Below, one piece after another: positions 42,925 through 53,921 of a stretch of DNA of 64,000 nucleotides. Below the pieces are notes generated by a model that ran no database searches, was not told the origin of the DNA, and saw only the letters and a list, made by a program, of their open reading frames with translations. Origin of the DNA: a virus (taxonomy: Duplodnaviria; Caudoviricetes); the IMG/VR virus record IMGVR_UViG_3300030372_002095, positions 1-64,000 of that record; one strand, given 5' to 3'. Within the stretch, counting starts at the first letter, position 1, and every line of letters begins with the position of its first letter. The translations under genes were made by a program, and so were the position numbers.

Positions 42925-44450
42925 TAGTATGCCTCCTCTTCACTAAAGTCTTTCTTGCTTAATTTATATTCTGATTCCAATACAGTTGTGGGTATTTTCC
43001 AACAATGCTCCACATTACTATTTACTTTTAACTTCGCGGTAGTTCCTTTAAACTCTTCAAACATTTTATACTGCTCTGAGTCAGATGCTTTGGTAAATCT
43101 TTTTGTCTTTAAAAAGTCTCTAAATGCTTGAGGTTTAAAGAAATAATTATCTTTTAATTCAAATACCATACCTTGTAGTACGTCTTGCCTGTCCTTTGCA
43201 CCTCTATTGTTTTCAATAAATATTTGTAATTGATTTAAGAATTGACCCTTTGCTGTTACCTCACCTGGTAGTTGTATAAAATCATCTGGTTGCATACCAC
43301 TTAATAATGTCTGCACCATATCTGCCCATATAGCCGGAGCCACGGGCCGTGGGCTTTCATTCGCTTGCGCTATGCATTGCTTTCTGTACTCTGCATGACT
43401 TGATAACTGATCAACAGTTAAAATAATAACTTTACCATTGTGCGTTAATTCATACACAGGATTATCAGATACCCATTTCTTTAATCCACTAATCTCATTG
43501 GTTGCGGAATTACCAATGCCAAACTTTTGTGACTGACATTTAATTTTCTCACACACTGTTTTAAATAATGGTTCTTCGCAGCGATAAAAATATTTTTTAT
43601 CTTCTACTTGTTTAAATATAGTTAACACTTCTCTACTAGGCAAAGGTGGGGAAAAATATTTAGAGTTGTAATAATCTAATTTCTCTTCTAACTTTTCCGG
43701 AAACCGTTCACGTAAATAAACTCCTAATTGAAATAGGGCCATGTTCCGTGAGCCTTCAGGAAATCCCTGTGAGGCAAGTGTAACTAAACATGGAGGAGCG
43801 CCTTTAAAATCATTGTTCTTTTTTTCGGTAATTGGTTTTTCGATAACCACCTTGTTTAATTGCGATACGACTTTTGTTTCGTAATGTTTTATAAAGCTAT
43901 TTAATTCAATCAATGCATTACCTTCGTCATCAAACGCATACCTTGTGGGAAACTCTGGATGGTTATATGGTAAGTTTAAAAAGTTACCTGTGCCTTTTGA
44001 GTTCAATTCAATTTGCTTTGGAAATATCTCACAATCACCATAACCTAAAAATACAGCTATCTCTTTTAATTTTATTTGCATTTGCTTTGCAAGCACTGGT
44101 TCGCTTACAAATAAGAATACATGAGCACCCCCACTTTTTGATTTACACACAACCAGTGGTAGTTTCTTTTCGACAATTTTTGTAATTAATTTTTTGTAAT
44201 CAAATCCATCATAAGTATCAACGTCAATTGCACCCCATTTACATTGATTATTATCATCAATTGGTATGATACCAAGGGAAGGTTCTTTACCTTCTAAGTG
44301 ATTAATCCATTTATCTCTGGTAATTGGTTCTTTTACTAACCAAGAGCGACCTTCTAGTTTGCCCGCCTCATTCTTTTCACGGCTTTGTGTTTGACCGTAT
44401 GCTCGGTCTAAGCCTGTAAATATTTCAATAAATTTGTTCTGGTCGTCCAT
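42924..44450 (-). CDS. primase (AEP-like with PriCT-like domain)
   Basis: WGAIDVD, KSKSGGAH, PPC.......EGSRN.ALF. Confidence 0.7.
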   Translation of the reverse strand: MDDQNKFIEIFTGLDRAYGQTQSREKNEAGKLEGRSWLVKEPITRDKWINHLEGKEPSLGIIPIDDNNQCKWGAIDVDTYDGFDYKKLITKIVEKKLPLVVCKSKSGGAHVFLFVSEPVLAKQMQIKLKEIAVFLGYGDCEIFPKQIELNSKGTGNFLNLPYNHPEFPTRYAFDDEGNALIELNSFIKHYETKVVSQLNKVVIEKPITEKKNNDFKGAPPCLVTLASQGFPEGSRNMALFQLGVYLRERFPEKLEEKLDYYNSKYFSPPLPSREVLTIFKQVEDKKYFYRCEEPLFKTVCEKIKCQSQKFGIGNSATNEISGLKKWVSDNPVYELTHNGKVIILTVDQLSSHAEYRKQCIAQANESPRPVAPAIWADMVQTLLSGMQPDDFIQLPGEVTAKGQFLNQLQIFIENNRGAKDRQDVLQGMVFELKDNYFFKPQAFRDFLKTKRFTKASDSEQYKMFEEFKGTTAKLKVNSNVEHCWKIPTTVLESEYKLSKKDFSEEEAY

Positions 44451-44468
44451 AAATCTTTCTCATTCATA

Positions 44469-44498
44469 TTTTTAAAGGGGCAACGGCGGTCGCCCCTT
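44469..44498 (-). terminator. rho-independent terminator-like hairpin
   Basis: Minus strand AAGGGGCGAC-CGCC-GTTGCCCCTT followed by TAAAAAT. Confidence 0.55.
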
Positions 44499-44510
44499 GT
44501 ATAAAGTTTT

Positions 44511-45293
44511 TTAGTAAGGTGCTTTTTCACCGTTGTCAACACTCTCATCTTCGTGCTTAACTTTTATTTCGCCTTTAGCGACGCTATCAGCAAAAGCTTT
44601 TGCAGCTTGATAAGTATCAACATCTTCAACAGGGCCTACTCTCGTAATATCCCACCCAAACCACTCGCCTAAGTTATTAGACTCAGCTATTGTTTTAAGT
44701 GTATAGACATGCGAGTATGAAGGAGGTGTAAACAATCCGTTTGCACCCTTCAATTTAAGCCCCAGCATAAGAGAATTCCATCGTTTGGATTTCTTACGCT
44801 GAGTGCTTTTCATTGCAACGAGGACTTGGGAGGAAGTTCCGTCCTTGCTAATGACCAGGCAATAGTGATTTGCAGTATCTTCAATATAGTTGCCGTTAGC
44901 AAGTCTATCTTTTCTCTGCTCATCCCTTGTTGTTTTTGAAAGTATATCACTCTCTGCAGGATAGATATTAACAGGAGCACCACTGCCCTCGCCTCTATCT
45001 GTCCATTCAATATATTGACGTTGATAGGCGCAAGGTATTACACTTACTCCTGCCTCCCCGTCGTATATCTCTTTTGTAAGCGTATTGTAGATCATTCCAC
45101 TTTCCGCTCCCTCTATGTATAGAGGATCTCTTTTCTTGATCTGTGGTGACGTATCACTCAGTATACGAAGAAAAGGGATTGCAAGATCGTCCATTCCCAG
45201 ATTGCCTAATCCTTTGTTAGCATCTTGTTCAAACATGCTAGGATCGAAAGCAACTACGTTTGTTTCGTCTTTTTTCTTTACAGCGTTTGCCAT
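44511..45293 (-). CDS. putative single-stranded DNA-binding protein
   Basis: IPFLRIL...SPQ, YIEW, acidic tail ending in an aromatic residue; located in the replication module. Confidence 0.55.
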   Translation of the reverse strand: MANAVKKKDETNVVAFDPSMFEQDANKGLGNLGMDDLAIPFLRILSDTSPQIKKRDPLYIEGAESGMIYNTLTKEIYDGEAGVSVIPCAYQRQYIEWTDRGEGSGAPVNIYPAESDILSKTTRDEQRKDRLANGNYIEDTANHYCLVISKDGTSSQVLVAMKSTQRKKSKRWNSLMLGLKLKGANGLFTPPSYSHVYTLKTIAESNNLGEWFGWDITRVGPVEDVDTYQAAKAFADSVAKGEIKVKHEDESVDNGEKAPY

Positions 45294-45302
45294 ATTTACT
45301 CC

Positions 45303-45860
45303 TTATTTTTTCTTGGTTATTTTAGTTTTCTGTCCGATAAACAAACTAAAAGTATTGTCTGGGACAGATCTTCCCTCTTCATGCCACTTTTTAATAGTAG
45401 CTTTCAGTGTCGAAGGATGCACTGAAACTTTTACTTCAGGTATGAGACCCATCTCTTTGATGGTTTCTTGCAAATGTGTTGCCATGTTGCTCTCACCCTT
45501 ACCGAAACTTATTCCTACTTGGTTTTTAATTATATCACCCAAGCCATTATCTTCTAACCACTCATAACATGCAGATGATTTCTGTGGATCTTTAGGTATA
45601 GATACATAAATATCTTCAACCACTTCCACTTTAGAACCGTCATACATAGTAGTAGATGTCATTCCTAATTCTGCCATTTTCTCTGGAATAGTTTCTCCAG
45701 ATAATTTTCTTAAATCTTCTTTATGTGTCTTTAAAAGATTTTCGTAATCTTCTATTTTTGCTTCTAATTTTAATTGTTTTCTCAATAATTCTGCTACAGA
45801 TTCTAAACCTGTTTGTTCTACGTTAGCTACTGCGTCACCCTCAAAGTTTATCTTGCTCAT
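45303..45860 (-). CDS. coiled-coil replication/recombination-module protein
   Basis: N-terminal coiled coil, WLEDNGLGDIIKN, VHPSTLKA. Confidence 0.5.
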   Translation of the reverse strand: MSKINFEGDAVANVEQTGLESVAELLRKQLKLEAKIEDYENLLKTHKEDLRKLSGETIPEKMAELGMTSTTMYDGSKVEVVEDIYVSIPKDPQKSSACYEWLEDNGLGDIIKNQVGISFGKGESNMATHLQETIKEMGLIPEVKVSVHPSTLKATIKKWHEEGRSVPDNTFSLFIGQKTKITKKK

Positions 45861-46212
45861 CTATTTCGCCTTTCTCATTAATGTTTATACTAACAGAATA
45901 ATATTTCTTTTGAATTTTATCCCATTTAAGTATTTTAAATCTACCTCTATTCATATCAGAAGCTATACAACATGCAATACCCATTGCTGCTGGATCGCCC
46001 ATCATTAAAAGATAGTCATTATCATCGAAATCTTTGAGTTTTCTGCGAAGTTTTTTTATCGCAGGTTGTGGACTAAACATAATTTGTTGACCACTTTCAA
46101 ACAATAAAACAATATCCCCATATTCTTGTGCACTTAATACATTTATGTAAGGGTTTTCCTGTACTAAAAATACAGTAGGTTTTTTATTTTCTTTTTCTTT
46201 TTTAAATTCCAT
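45841..46212 (-). CDS. hypothetical protein
   Basis: VFLVQE...A.EYG...F..DDYLL..GDP; RBS GGAG. Confidence 0.55.
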   Translation of the reverse strand: MEFKKEKENKKPTVFLVQENPYINVLSAQEYGDIVLLFESGQQIMFSPQPAIKKLRRKLKDFDDNDYLLMMGDPAAMGIACCIASDMNRGRFKILKWDKIQKKYYSVSININEKGEIDEQDKL

Positions 46213-46235
46213 CTTTCTAATTTCTCCTTTATCTC

Positions 46236-46270
46236 TTGTATTTTACTAAAGCAAGTATTATATTGCTTTT
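46236..46270 (+). promoter_or_regulatory. promoter and inverted repeat in divergent intergenic region
   Basis: TTGTAT-N17-TATATT overlapped by AAAGCAA-N8-TTGCTTT. Confidence 0.45.
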
Positions 46271-46283
46271 TTAGAAAGTTATT

Positions 46284-47720
46284 ATGGATTATAGATTTAA
46301 AACGACACCTTTTCAACATCAATTAGATGCATTAACAGCTAGTTGGAACAAAGAAGTATGGGCATTATTCATGGAAATGGGTACTGGTAAGACCAAGGTA
46401 TGCATTGATAATATTGCTATTTTGTTTGATAAAGGCAAAATAAATTCAGCTCTTATTATTGTACCTAATGGTATTAAACGTAACTGGCGTAATGAGTTAA
46501 AGATACATTTAGCTGATCACATTAATTACCGAGTAGCTATTTGGTCTGCTTCTCCTAGAAAAGAAGAGAAGACAGAGCTTGAGCAGTTGTCCGTGATCAC
46601 TGATGACTTAACCGTTTTTATTATGAACATTGAAGCATTGTCTACTAAACGTGGTTATGACTTTGCGTATAAGTTTTTATTAAAGAATCAAGCACTGGTA
46701 TGTGTGGATGAATCAACCACAATTAAAAATCACTCTGCACAACGCACTAAAAACATTTTAAAATTAGCAAAGCATGCAAAGTATAGACGCATCATGACAG
46801 GTTCACCTGTTACGAAGTCACCACTTGATTTGTTTTCGCAAGTTCAGTTCCTTGATCCGTGGTTGTTGGACCAACAATCGTACTACAGTTTTCGTGCAAG
46901 GTATGCCGTTGTTGTTCAACGTAGTGTTGGGACGCATTCTTTTCAACACATTGTCAAATATCAACGATTAGATGAATTACAGGAAAAAATACAGAATTTT
47001 TCCACTCGGGTTTTAAAAAATGACTGTTTAGACCTACCTGAGAAGGTTTATACGAAGCGGTCTGTGTCATTGACCGGCGAACAAGTAAAAGCTTACACAG
47101 AGATGAAAAAAGCGGCAATAACGTTCTTTGAAGAAAATGTGATGACTGCAGCTTCAGTTTTGACACAAATGATACGATTACATCAAATTATATGCGGTCA
47201 TGTTAAAACAGATGACGGAGAGATTAAATCTATTAAGAGCAATCGCATAAAAGAATTATTAGAAGTACTCGAAGAGACAGATGGTAAGGTTATTATCTGG
47301 GCCGTGTACCGTTATGATATACAACAAATAGAAAAAACATTAGGAGAGAAATATGGCAAAGAAAGCGTGGCAACTTATTACGGGGATACAAAAGATAATA
47401 TTCGCCAGTCTGTTGTTGACAGGTTTATGGATGCTAGTGATCCTCTTCGATTTTTTGTCGGAAATCCCAAAACAGGAGGTTATGGCCTTACTCTTACTTC
47501 TAGTCACACTGTTGTGTATTACTCTAACGATTACTCATTAGAAGTACGATTACAATCAGAAGACCGAGCCCATAGAATAGGACAAACATCGAAAGTGACA
47601 TACGTAGACTTAATAACAGATCATACGATAGATGAAAAGATTGTTAAAGCGTTAAATAATAAAATAGATTTAGCAAGTCAGGTTATGGGAGAAGATCCTA
47701 AAAAAATTTTATTCTCCTAA
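46284..47720 (+). CDS. SNF2-like superfamily 2 helicase
   Basis: MEMGTGKT, VDEST, MTGSPV, GGYGLTLT, QSEDRAHRIGQ. Confidence 0.88.
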   Translation: MDYRFKTTPFQHQLDALTASWNKEVWALFMEMGTGKTKVCIDNIAILFDKGKINSALIIVPNGIKRNWRNELKIHLADHINYRVAIWSASPRKEEKTELEQLSVITDDLTVFIMNIEALSTKRGYDFAYKFLLKNQALVCVDESTTIKNHSAQRTKNILKLAKHAKYRRIMTGSPVTKSPLDLFSQVQFLDPWLLDQQSYYSFRARYAVVVQRSVGTHSFQHIVKYQRLDELQEKIQNFSTRVLKNDCLDLPEKVYTKRSVSLTGEQVKAYTEMKKAAITFFEENVMTAASVLTQMIRLHQIICGHVKTDDGEIKSIKSNRIKELLEVLEETDGKVIIWAVYRYDIQQIEKTLGEKYGKESVATYYGDTKDNIRQSVVDRFMDASDPLRFFVGNPKTGGYGLTLTSSHTVVYYSNDYSLEVRLQSEDRAHRIGQTSKVTYVDLITDHTIDEKIVKALNNKIDLASQVMGEDPKKILFS

Positions 47721-47912
47721 TGCTCTTTCGAGCAGCACTTCGAGTCTTATTACTCGTTCTTTTATTTCTGGGATGTCTGATAATATTATTTTTTCTAGTT
47801 GCATTTGTTTTGATTCAACTGCTTGTAGTCTTGTTGACATCATGCCGTAGGTTGCACCTGCGGTTATTAAGATTAATCCAACCCAAATAATATTTTTAAG
47901 GCTTGTTTCCAT
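47709..47912 (-). CDS. small membrane-anchored coiled-coil protein
   Basis: TM segment IIWVGLILITAGATYG followed by a coiled coil. Confidence 0.55.
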   Translation of the reverse strand: METSLKNIIWVGLILITAGATYGMMSTRLQAVESKQMQLEKIILSDIPEIKERVIRLEVLLERALGE

Positions 47913-49363
47913 TAAAAATCTCCCATGTACTGATACGTACTTTTTAATTTATTATAATCAGAATTGTTTAAAGAAGTCAATCCACCATTTTTATAACCCA
48001 TCATTCCTGGTGCCATTTTTTCAAATTGTAAGTTTTTCATAATACGATCATCAATGTTAGCACTGGCTGTTAGGGACTCATTGTTCATTGTATTACCATT
48101 TATATAATTGTAACCACCGTTAGCAAATGATGCTATTCCTCCGTGCGCTCTTGATAAAGAATTTAAAATGTTTAAATATTGTTGAGACGCCGGATCATAC
48201 ACGCCTGTATCAAAATTAGGATCTGTGTTTGTAACAATATTAGGATTTAATAAAGAACCTGTGTATCCTCCTTGATCAATAAAATTTTGAAGTGTGTTGT
48301 CAACAGCAGCTTCCGCTTCTGCTCCTGGTTGCATTCCTTGGGGGGTTCCTTCTTCTGTTTCTTCAACAATAACAGATTCATCTACATCATCATCTCTTGT
48401 GCCTGATAAGTTTACAAGATCTTCTTGTGTTAAGTCTACAAGCGGATCAATTTTATTGACTACACCGTCAATATTAGATTTATTTACAATCTCTTTTCCT
48501 TTGTCAGTCATTACAGGTCCACTACCTATTCCTTGAATACTACCGACATCGGTTCCTCCAAACATTTGCATTGCTCTTATTTGATCTGCTGTAGGATCAA
48601 AAACCAATTCACTTAAATCTGTTTCTGTTACCATCTCTGTAGGAGATGAACTTGGAGGATTTTTCATAGGATTTGATTTTGGATCAGGAGCATCGTAGTG
48701 CGGAGATACACCTGGTAAATTTCCTGGTGTAAATATTCTGTCTGTTTCTGTTTTTCCCGGAGTGCCTGCTGCTACAGTATTATATAAATTTACTGTTGGA
48801 TCATAAACAAGATCCGTTAACATCTGTATACCTTCTTTTACAACAGGTAATTCTTTAGCTTTTTTCGCTGTGTTTAATGCTGAAGCAATACCTGTTATAA
48901 TTTCTGAACCTGGAATAAGTTTTTTTATTACAAGAGGCATTAAATTCATTAAACCTGCCGAGAAAGGAAATTTCTTTTTATATGCTTCAGGATTAGATAA
49001 TCTAAAATTGTTCATTATTTCCTGATATTTATTTAATTCAGGGTTAGTGCTGTGTGGTAAAAGTTTTAATTTGTCTTTTTGACTAATAATATAATTTAAT
49101 TGACTCTCTACAGGATTACCATCACCTCCTTGCGGATCAACAGCGGGCGGTGTTCCTTGAGTATTTGTTCCTCCTTGAGTAGATGCGATGTAAGCACCTT
49201 TGTTATCATCACCACTATCACCACTACCACCACTACCACCATAAGGAACGTAAGCTTCTGGTTCACCACCACCATAACTACCACTATTATTATAATTTTG
49301 TACCGCTTTCTTATAATAATCTTTTGAGGCTTGTGATCCTCCTGCTCCTGGTGTCCAAGCCAT
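47912..49363 (-). CDS. putative internal virion/ejection protein
   Basis: Low complexity with xxGG motifs; last gene of the ejection cluster. Confidence 0.45.
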   Translation of the reverse strand: MAWTPGAGGSQASKDYYKKAVQNYNNSGSYGGGEPEAYVPYGGSGGSGDSGDDNKGAYIASTQGGTNTQGTPPAVDPQGGDGNPVESQLNYIISQKDKLKLLPHSTNPELNKYQEIMNNFRLSNPEAYKKKFPFSAGLMNLMPLVIKKLIPGSEIITGIASALNTAKKAKELPVVKEGIQMLTDLVYDPTVNLYNTVAAGTPGKTETDRIFTPGNLPGVSPHYDAPDPKSNPMKNPPSSSPTEMVTETDLSELVFDPTADQIRAMQMFGGTDVGSIQGIGSGPVMTDKGKEIVNKSNIDGVVNKIDPLVDLTQEDLVNLSGTRDDDVDESVIVEETEEGTPQGMQPGAEAEAAVDNTLQNFIDQGGYTGSLLNPNIVTNTDPNFDTGVYDPASQQYLNILNSLSRAHGGIASFANGGYNYINGNTMNNESLTASANIDDRIMKNLQFEKMAPGMMGYKNGGLTSLNNSDYNKLKSTYQYMGDF

Positions 49364-52266
49364 TATACCCTCCTATTTCCTAAAGCAATTGCTTCATCAA
49401 GATTACCACCAGCTAACGCTATACGTTGTTGTGGGTTTAATGGTGCATCAGACACAGGGCCTGCCATTGTCATTTCACTTCCTGCAAATATATCTTCTGA
49501 CCCTGATTTTACATTAGGAAGAGGTATGTCAGGAGACACCTGACTTAAATTACCAAGTTCCATGTCCGCTGCATTTTCTTCCATTGATCTTTCCTGTACT
49601 TGACTTAAACCAACATCTATGTTGTCGCCAAAACGACTTTCATTGTATTGTTGTTTTGATTGATCGTTAACAGCATCCATACTAGATTTATATCCTGCAC
49701 CAAACAACCATTTAAAAAATCCATCAGGATTATTTAATGCGCCTTTGTATGTTTTAAACTCATCAGGAAATTCTTCTAAACCTTCACTTTTCTTATTACC
49801 TAGTTTTTGTTCATAAAAGTTTTTAAGTAATTGTGCATATGCATTTTTTCTTACAATATCTTTTGTTGCAGGGTCCACGATCCGTGTGTAGTTTTTTAAG
49901 GCTTGCGGACTAGATAAGAAGTCTGCTGTAAATCTAGCAAGTAAACCTGCTGTAACAGCACTCATCGCACCCATTGGTCCACCAGCCGCACCACCAGCCG
50001 CACCTGATGCCATACCAAAACTAAATGTTTTTAATCCTGATCGTACACCACCTAAAACTAATCGACGTGAAATTAATTGAGAAGCAAAAGGAATAGTTTG
50101 ACTTTGTGTTTTTCTTAACAAGTCAGTTAATAGTTCAATATTTTCTTTTACAACAGCACCGTTTCTTCCTGTTCTCTCTAACATTGCTTCAAAACCAGGC
50201 TCACCATAACCAATATTTTTTAAGAATTGATCTGGATCTAAAATCATTTGAGTTACAGGAACTTTAATTTCTTTTCCTGCTTCATTTATAATAGTTTCGT
50301 AGTAATCAACTGGTTGTTTAGATAAAGCATTTTTAAATCCTTTGTCCATCCACGTTCTTACTGAAGAAGCGAAAGCTGCTGGTCCAACAAGTTCTTCTAT
50401 ATCAGCCACTGTTTTTGGTGTAATGCCTTTACGCGCAATTATATTAAATAATTCATCGGAATAAAAATAACCAGGTAAGTCAGGTCCTGCAGAAAACATG
50501 TTCTCATCAACAAATTTAAACTTTTTTGCTGCTGGACTTTTATATAAAGGTGCCATTTTAGAAAATACATCATTAGCTCGTAACAAAGATTTTTTTGCAG
50601 ATTCCGCTATTACTTTTTCTGCATCTGGCATGTCTTGTCTCCATAGAGCAAAGTTGTTAAGATCAGTTGTTAATGCTTTTCTTGCATCGGCTAGCATGGA
50701 AGAACCTGAGAAAGTTCTGTTACCTGTTTTATCTACCATTTCTCCATACAATGCATTAATTTCTCTTTGTAATCCACGTAGTTGTAATGGTGTAAGATAT
50801 TCAGGTAAAGTAGCTAGTGTCTTTGTAATAAAGTCATCAATCTTTCCTGTTGTAGGTACAAAATCTTCATAGGTTGTTGTTTGTATTTTCATTTGATTTA
50901 ATCTATCTTTTAAAACTTGCGCTACCTGTTTTGTATTATTTGTACTAATAAAAGGTTTAGATATTTTAAGTGCTTTCTTTTCAAAATCATCATACAACAT
51001 GTCATTAATGTAAGCGAATTTTTGATAACGTGCTTTTGCTGCATCAAACATAAACGTTCCTACATCTGTCATGTGCTGTATAGGTGCATAACCATTAACT
51101 CGAAGCTCTCCTTCAATAGCAGCTTCTAATGAATCATAACCTTGATCTTTTAGATCAGCCATAAATTTTGCTTTGTCATTTTTTGACATAAGTTTGTATT
51201 GTTCACGATAAAAATCATCAGCGTATCCCAAGTCACCTGTTTGGGCGTCAATAGCTTTTGTTAGTTTTGCTTCTGACATCAATTGACGTTGACGCATAAT
51301 ATTACCAATAAACGGAAAAAGACCTATAACTCTACCATATGATTTAGCACCTGCAGCAATAGCTCCTTGTCCCGATGATGCAATACTTATACCAATTGGC
51401 ACATCATAAATGGTTGCTAAGTCAGAGTATTTTTTTGCTTCTTTACCTAAACCAAAAATTGCTTTTCCTAATACTGGTCGGAGAGTCGCGGCCACTGTTC
51501 CGAGACCCGCAGCTCCTGCCGTAAAGGCTGCTGTGTTTCTCATTTCAACCAAGGCTCTCATACCAGGATCTTCTGTATCTGTAGGATTTGGAATACCTTG
51601 TGTTTTACGAATAAGTTCATTCATTACATCGTAAAAAGCACTCATTCCTCCACCACCAAGTGTTGATCCTGCTCCTACTTTAAATGGAGATGAATTCATT
51701 ACTCTATTTACAATTCCTCCTGTTACTTTACCAGGCCCTACCATGCCTGCTGTGCCCCCAATAACATCACCATACATAATAAAATCAGATCTTCTTTTAG
51801 GAACAATATCTTTAATAAATTCACCTGCTTTATTTTTAATGACACCTATAGGATTTAAAATTTTATCCCATCCACTTGAATACCCTTCTTTATTTTGAGC
51901 ATCTTTACTTGTAGAGTTAGCCCATTTATTTACAAAAAACTTGTAAGGGTCTGCTCTTTTTTGTCCTTCTTGTACTGCTGCAAATCTTGCATTACTGTAT
52001 TCAATAAAACGATTGTTGTTGTAATCAAAAACTTCTGTTGTAACCTCTGATAAACCCATTGATTTTCTTTTTTCATTTATGGCATTAATAACATTTATTT
52101 TTTCCGCATCTGTTCTAGGAACAAAAATGCCTGTGTCAGGATTTTGGGCTGGTATGCCATTTACTTCATCTTGAACTGTTAAAAATATAGCTTCACCAAT
52201 ACCTGATCGTGAAGGTTCAATAATAACTCTTTTACTTCCTGCTGGTGCGCTTAAAAAATCATCCAC
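49363..52266 (-). CDS. putative internal virion/ejection protein (large)
   Basis: 967 aa, helical, with Gly/Ala-rich hydrophobic segments; position typical of podovirus core proteins. Confidence 0.5.
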   Translation of the reverse strand: MDDFLSAPAGSKRVIIEPSRSGIGEAIFLTVQDEVNGIPAQNPDTGIFVPRTDAEKINVINAINEKRKSMGLSEVTTEVFDYNNNRFIEYSNARFAAVQEGQKRADPYKFFVNKWANSTSKDAQNKEGYSSGWDKILNPIGVIKNKAGEFIKDIVPKRRSDFIMYGDVIGGTAGMVGPGKVTGGIVNRVMNSSPFKVGAGSTLGGGGMSAFYDVMNELIRKTQGIPNPTDTEDPGMRALVEMRNTAAFTAGAAGLGTVAATLRPVLGKAIFGLGKEAKKYSDLATIYDVPIGISIASSGQGAIAAGAKSYGRVIGLFPFIGNIMRQRQLMSEAKLTKAIDAQTGDLGYADDFYREQYKLMSKNDKAKFMADLKDQGYDSLEAAIEGELRVNGYAPIQHMTDVGTFMFDAAKARYQKFAYINDMLYDDFEKKALKISKPFISTNNTKQVAQVLKDRLNQMKIQTTTYEDFVPTTGKIDDFITKTLATLPEYLTPLQLRGLQREINALYGEMVDKTGNRTFSGSSMLADARKALTTDLNNFALWRQDMPDAEKVIAESAKKSLLRANDVFSKMAPLYKSPAAKKFKFVDENMFSAGPDLPGYFYSDELFNIIARKGITPKTVADIEELVGPAAFASSVRTWMDKGFKNALSKQPVDYYETIINEAGKEIKVPVTQMILDPDQFLKNIGYGEPGFEAMLERTGRNGAVVKENIELLTDLLRKTQSQTIPFASQLISRRLVLGGVRSGLKTFSFGMASGAAGGAAGGPMGAMSAVTAGLLARFTADFLSSPQALKNYTRIVDPATKDIVRKNAYAQLLKNFYEQKLGNKKSEGLEEFPDEFKTYKGALNNPDGFFKWLFGAGYKSSMDAVNDQSKQQYNESRFGDNIDVGLSQVQERSMEENAADMELGNLSQVSPDIPLPNVKSGSEDIFAGSEMTMAGPVSDAPLNPQQRIALAGGNLDEAIALGNRRV

Positions 52267-53920
52267 CTGGTACCGCCTCTACAAATCCTGGTGATCCATC
52301 AGGTAAGTTACCTTTTGCATCAACCTCGTATGCATTTATATTTACTGTTTTACCTCTCGTAGAACCAGAAAAAGAATCAAATTGAAAGTCTGTTATCATT
52401 GCATCAGGCATATCTAAAGTATCAAATATTCTTTTTTGTTGTTGATAGCCTACGTCTAGCTCTGCATATACTTGTTCTAAAGCTGCTGCTACGTCATCTG
52501 AAGATGTAAATCCTGTTAAAGATAAAGAAGCTTTAGCGTTGTCAACGTCGTTAACGTTTAGACGACCTGTATCTTTACGTACTCTTGCAAGAGCATAGTA
52601 AATTGAATTCAATCGTATTTCGTTTTGTGGAATGTTAGGGTTAAAGAATTCTCTATAAATTGCTCCTTCATACATTTCATCATCACCGTCATCAATAAAA
52701 GCTTGAGCATCTGGATTTCCAGTGTTTGATTGATAATCAGCACTTAGTGAACTAAGAGCACTGTTTTCCAATCTATTAAGTGTTCTGTTGTAACCATCTG
52801 AATCAATAATACCTTTATCTGCAAAGTATGATGCTAAATCCAGAATTGTAGATGTACCTGTTTGTGTAAGTTTTTGCATTAATCCAGGTATACCTACGAT
52901 ACTTGGATCATCAGCAATAGTTTGTTGTATCTCTCTAATAAAACGCATCGCTGTCATAGCGCCATTCATTTTACCTATAATATCCATTGTTTGTTTTCCG
53001 CTTGGTGCAAAGTCACCTTTTGTTCCTAATTGAAACTTTGTATCAATTGCATTAGGCATTGGTATGTAATCAAAATTTTCACCATCTTGAATAGGAAAAT
53101 AAGGAGTTGGTATACCTTCTTCATTGTTTTGAATATAACCCATAGCAAAAGTTCCTGTCTTAGGGTTATATAAAACTTTTGGATCTTTTTTATAATTTTC
53201 TTTTAGTATGTCATAATGTTTTGACATTGCTGTAGCGTCTGTATCATACTGATAGTTGTAATACATTTTTTGTAGATCACGCATGTAGTCTTGTGTTCGT
53301 GTGTCGTTGTTCATGTTAAACTCTAAAGTTTTCATAAACAATTGCATTTCTCCAGCATCTCTTGCGTTTTCTTGAGCTTCTAATGACTGAAGAACATAGT
53401 TTCTTCTAGCCATTTCTTCTGCTGATTCTCTCTCACCTCTTTTAGCTTTAGCTTGTCTTTTTCTTTCATTAATAACAGCTAAATCATTTAAAAATCCTGT
53501 GCCTGCTTCACTAATAGCAGGTGTCATTGCACCTCCTACTTGTGGTTTCATTAATGCTAAACCTAATTTAGCTAATGCTAAATTTTTTTCAAATTTAAAA
53601 TTAACAGGATCTTGTTTTGTTGGCTCGTATATTGAATCATATACCGCTGCAAAATCTTGTGCTGTTTTAGGTTCTCCTGCATAAGATGTATAGGCATCTT
53701 TAACATCCTTAGGATCTACTAAGTTTGTAATAAGAGTTGGATCTAATCCCATTAAGCCAAGTGCTCCGTCAATAGCAGGGGCAGGATAAGATAAAGAAGT
53801 ATTTGTAGATTTTTCTTTCTTTGGTGCTCCAAAGCTAGGACCCATCGGTGCAGCAAAATCTGGTCCAGAATCAACTGGCCCTTGATTAAACATTCCTCTT
53901 TTTAAAACGGAATCAACCAT
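52259..53920 (-). CDS. putative internal virion/ejection protein
   Basis: MVDSVLKRGMF N-terminus; helical; within the ejection cluster. Confidence 0.5.
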   Translation of the reverse strand: MVDSVLKRGMFNQGPVDSGPDFAAPMGPSFGAPKKEKSTNTSLSYPAPAIDGALGLMGLDPTLITNLVDPKDVKDAYTSYAGEPKTAQDFAAVYDSIYEPTKQDPVNFKFEKNLALAKLGLALMKPQVGGAMTPAISEAGTGFLNDLAVINERKRQAKAKRGERESAEEMARRNYVLQSLEAQENARDAGEMQLFMKTLEFNMNNDTRTQDYMRDLQKMYYNYQYDTDATAMSKHYDILKENYKKDPKVLYNPKTGTFAMGYIQNNEEGIPTPYFPIQDGENFDYIPMPNAIDTKFQLGTKGDFAPSGKQTMDIIGKMNGAMTAMRFIREIQQTIADDPSIVGIPGLMQKLTQTGTSTILDLASYFADKGIIDSDGYNRTLNRLENSALSSLSADYQSNTGNPDAQAFIDDGDDEMYEGAIYREFFNPNIPQNEIRLNSIYYALARVRKDTGRLNVNDVDNAKASLSLTGFTSSDDVAAALEQVYAELDVGYQQQKRIFDTLDMPDAMITDFQFDSFSGSTRGKTVNINAYEVDAKGNLPDGSPGFVEAVPGG

Positions 53921-53921
53921 T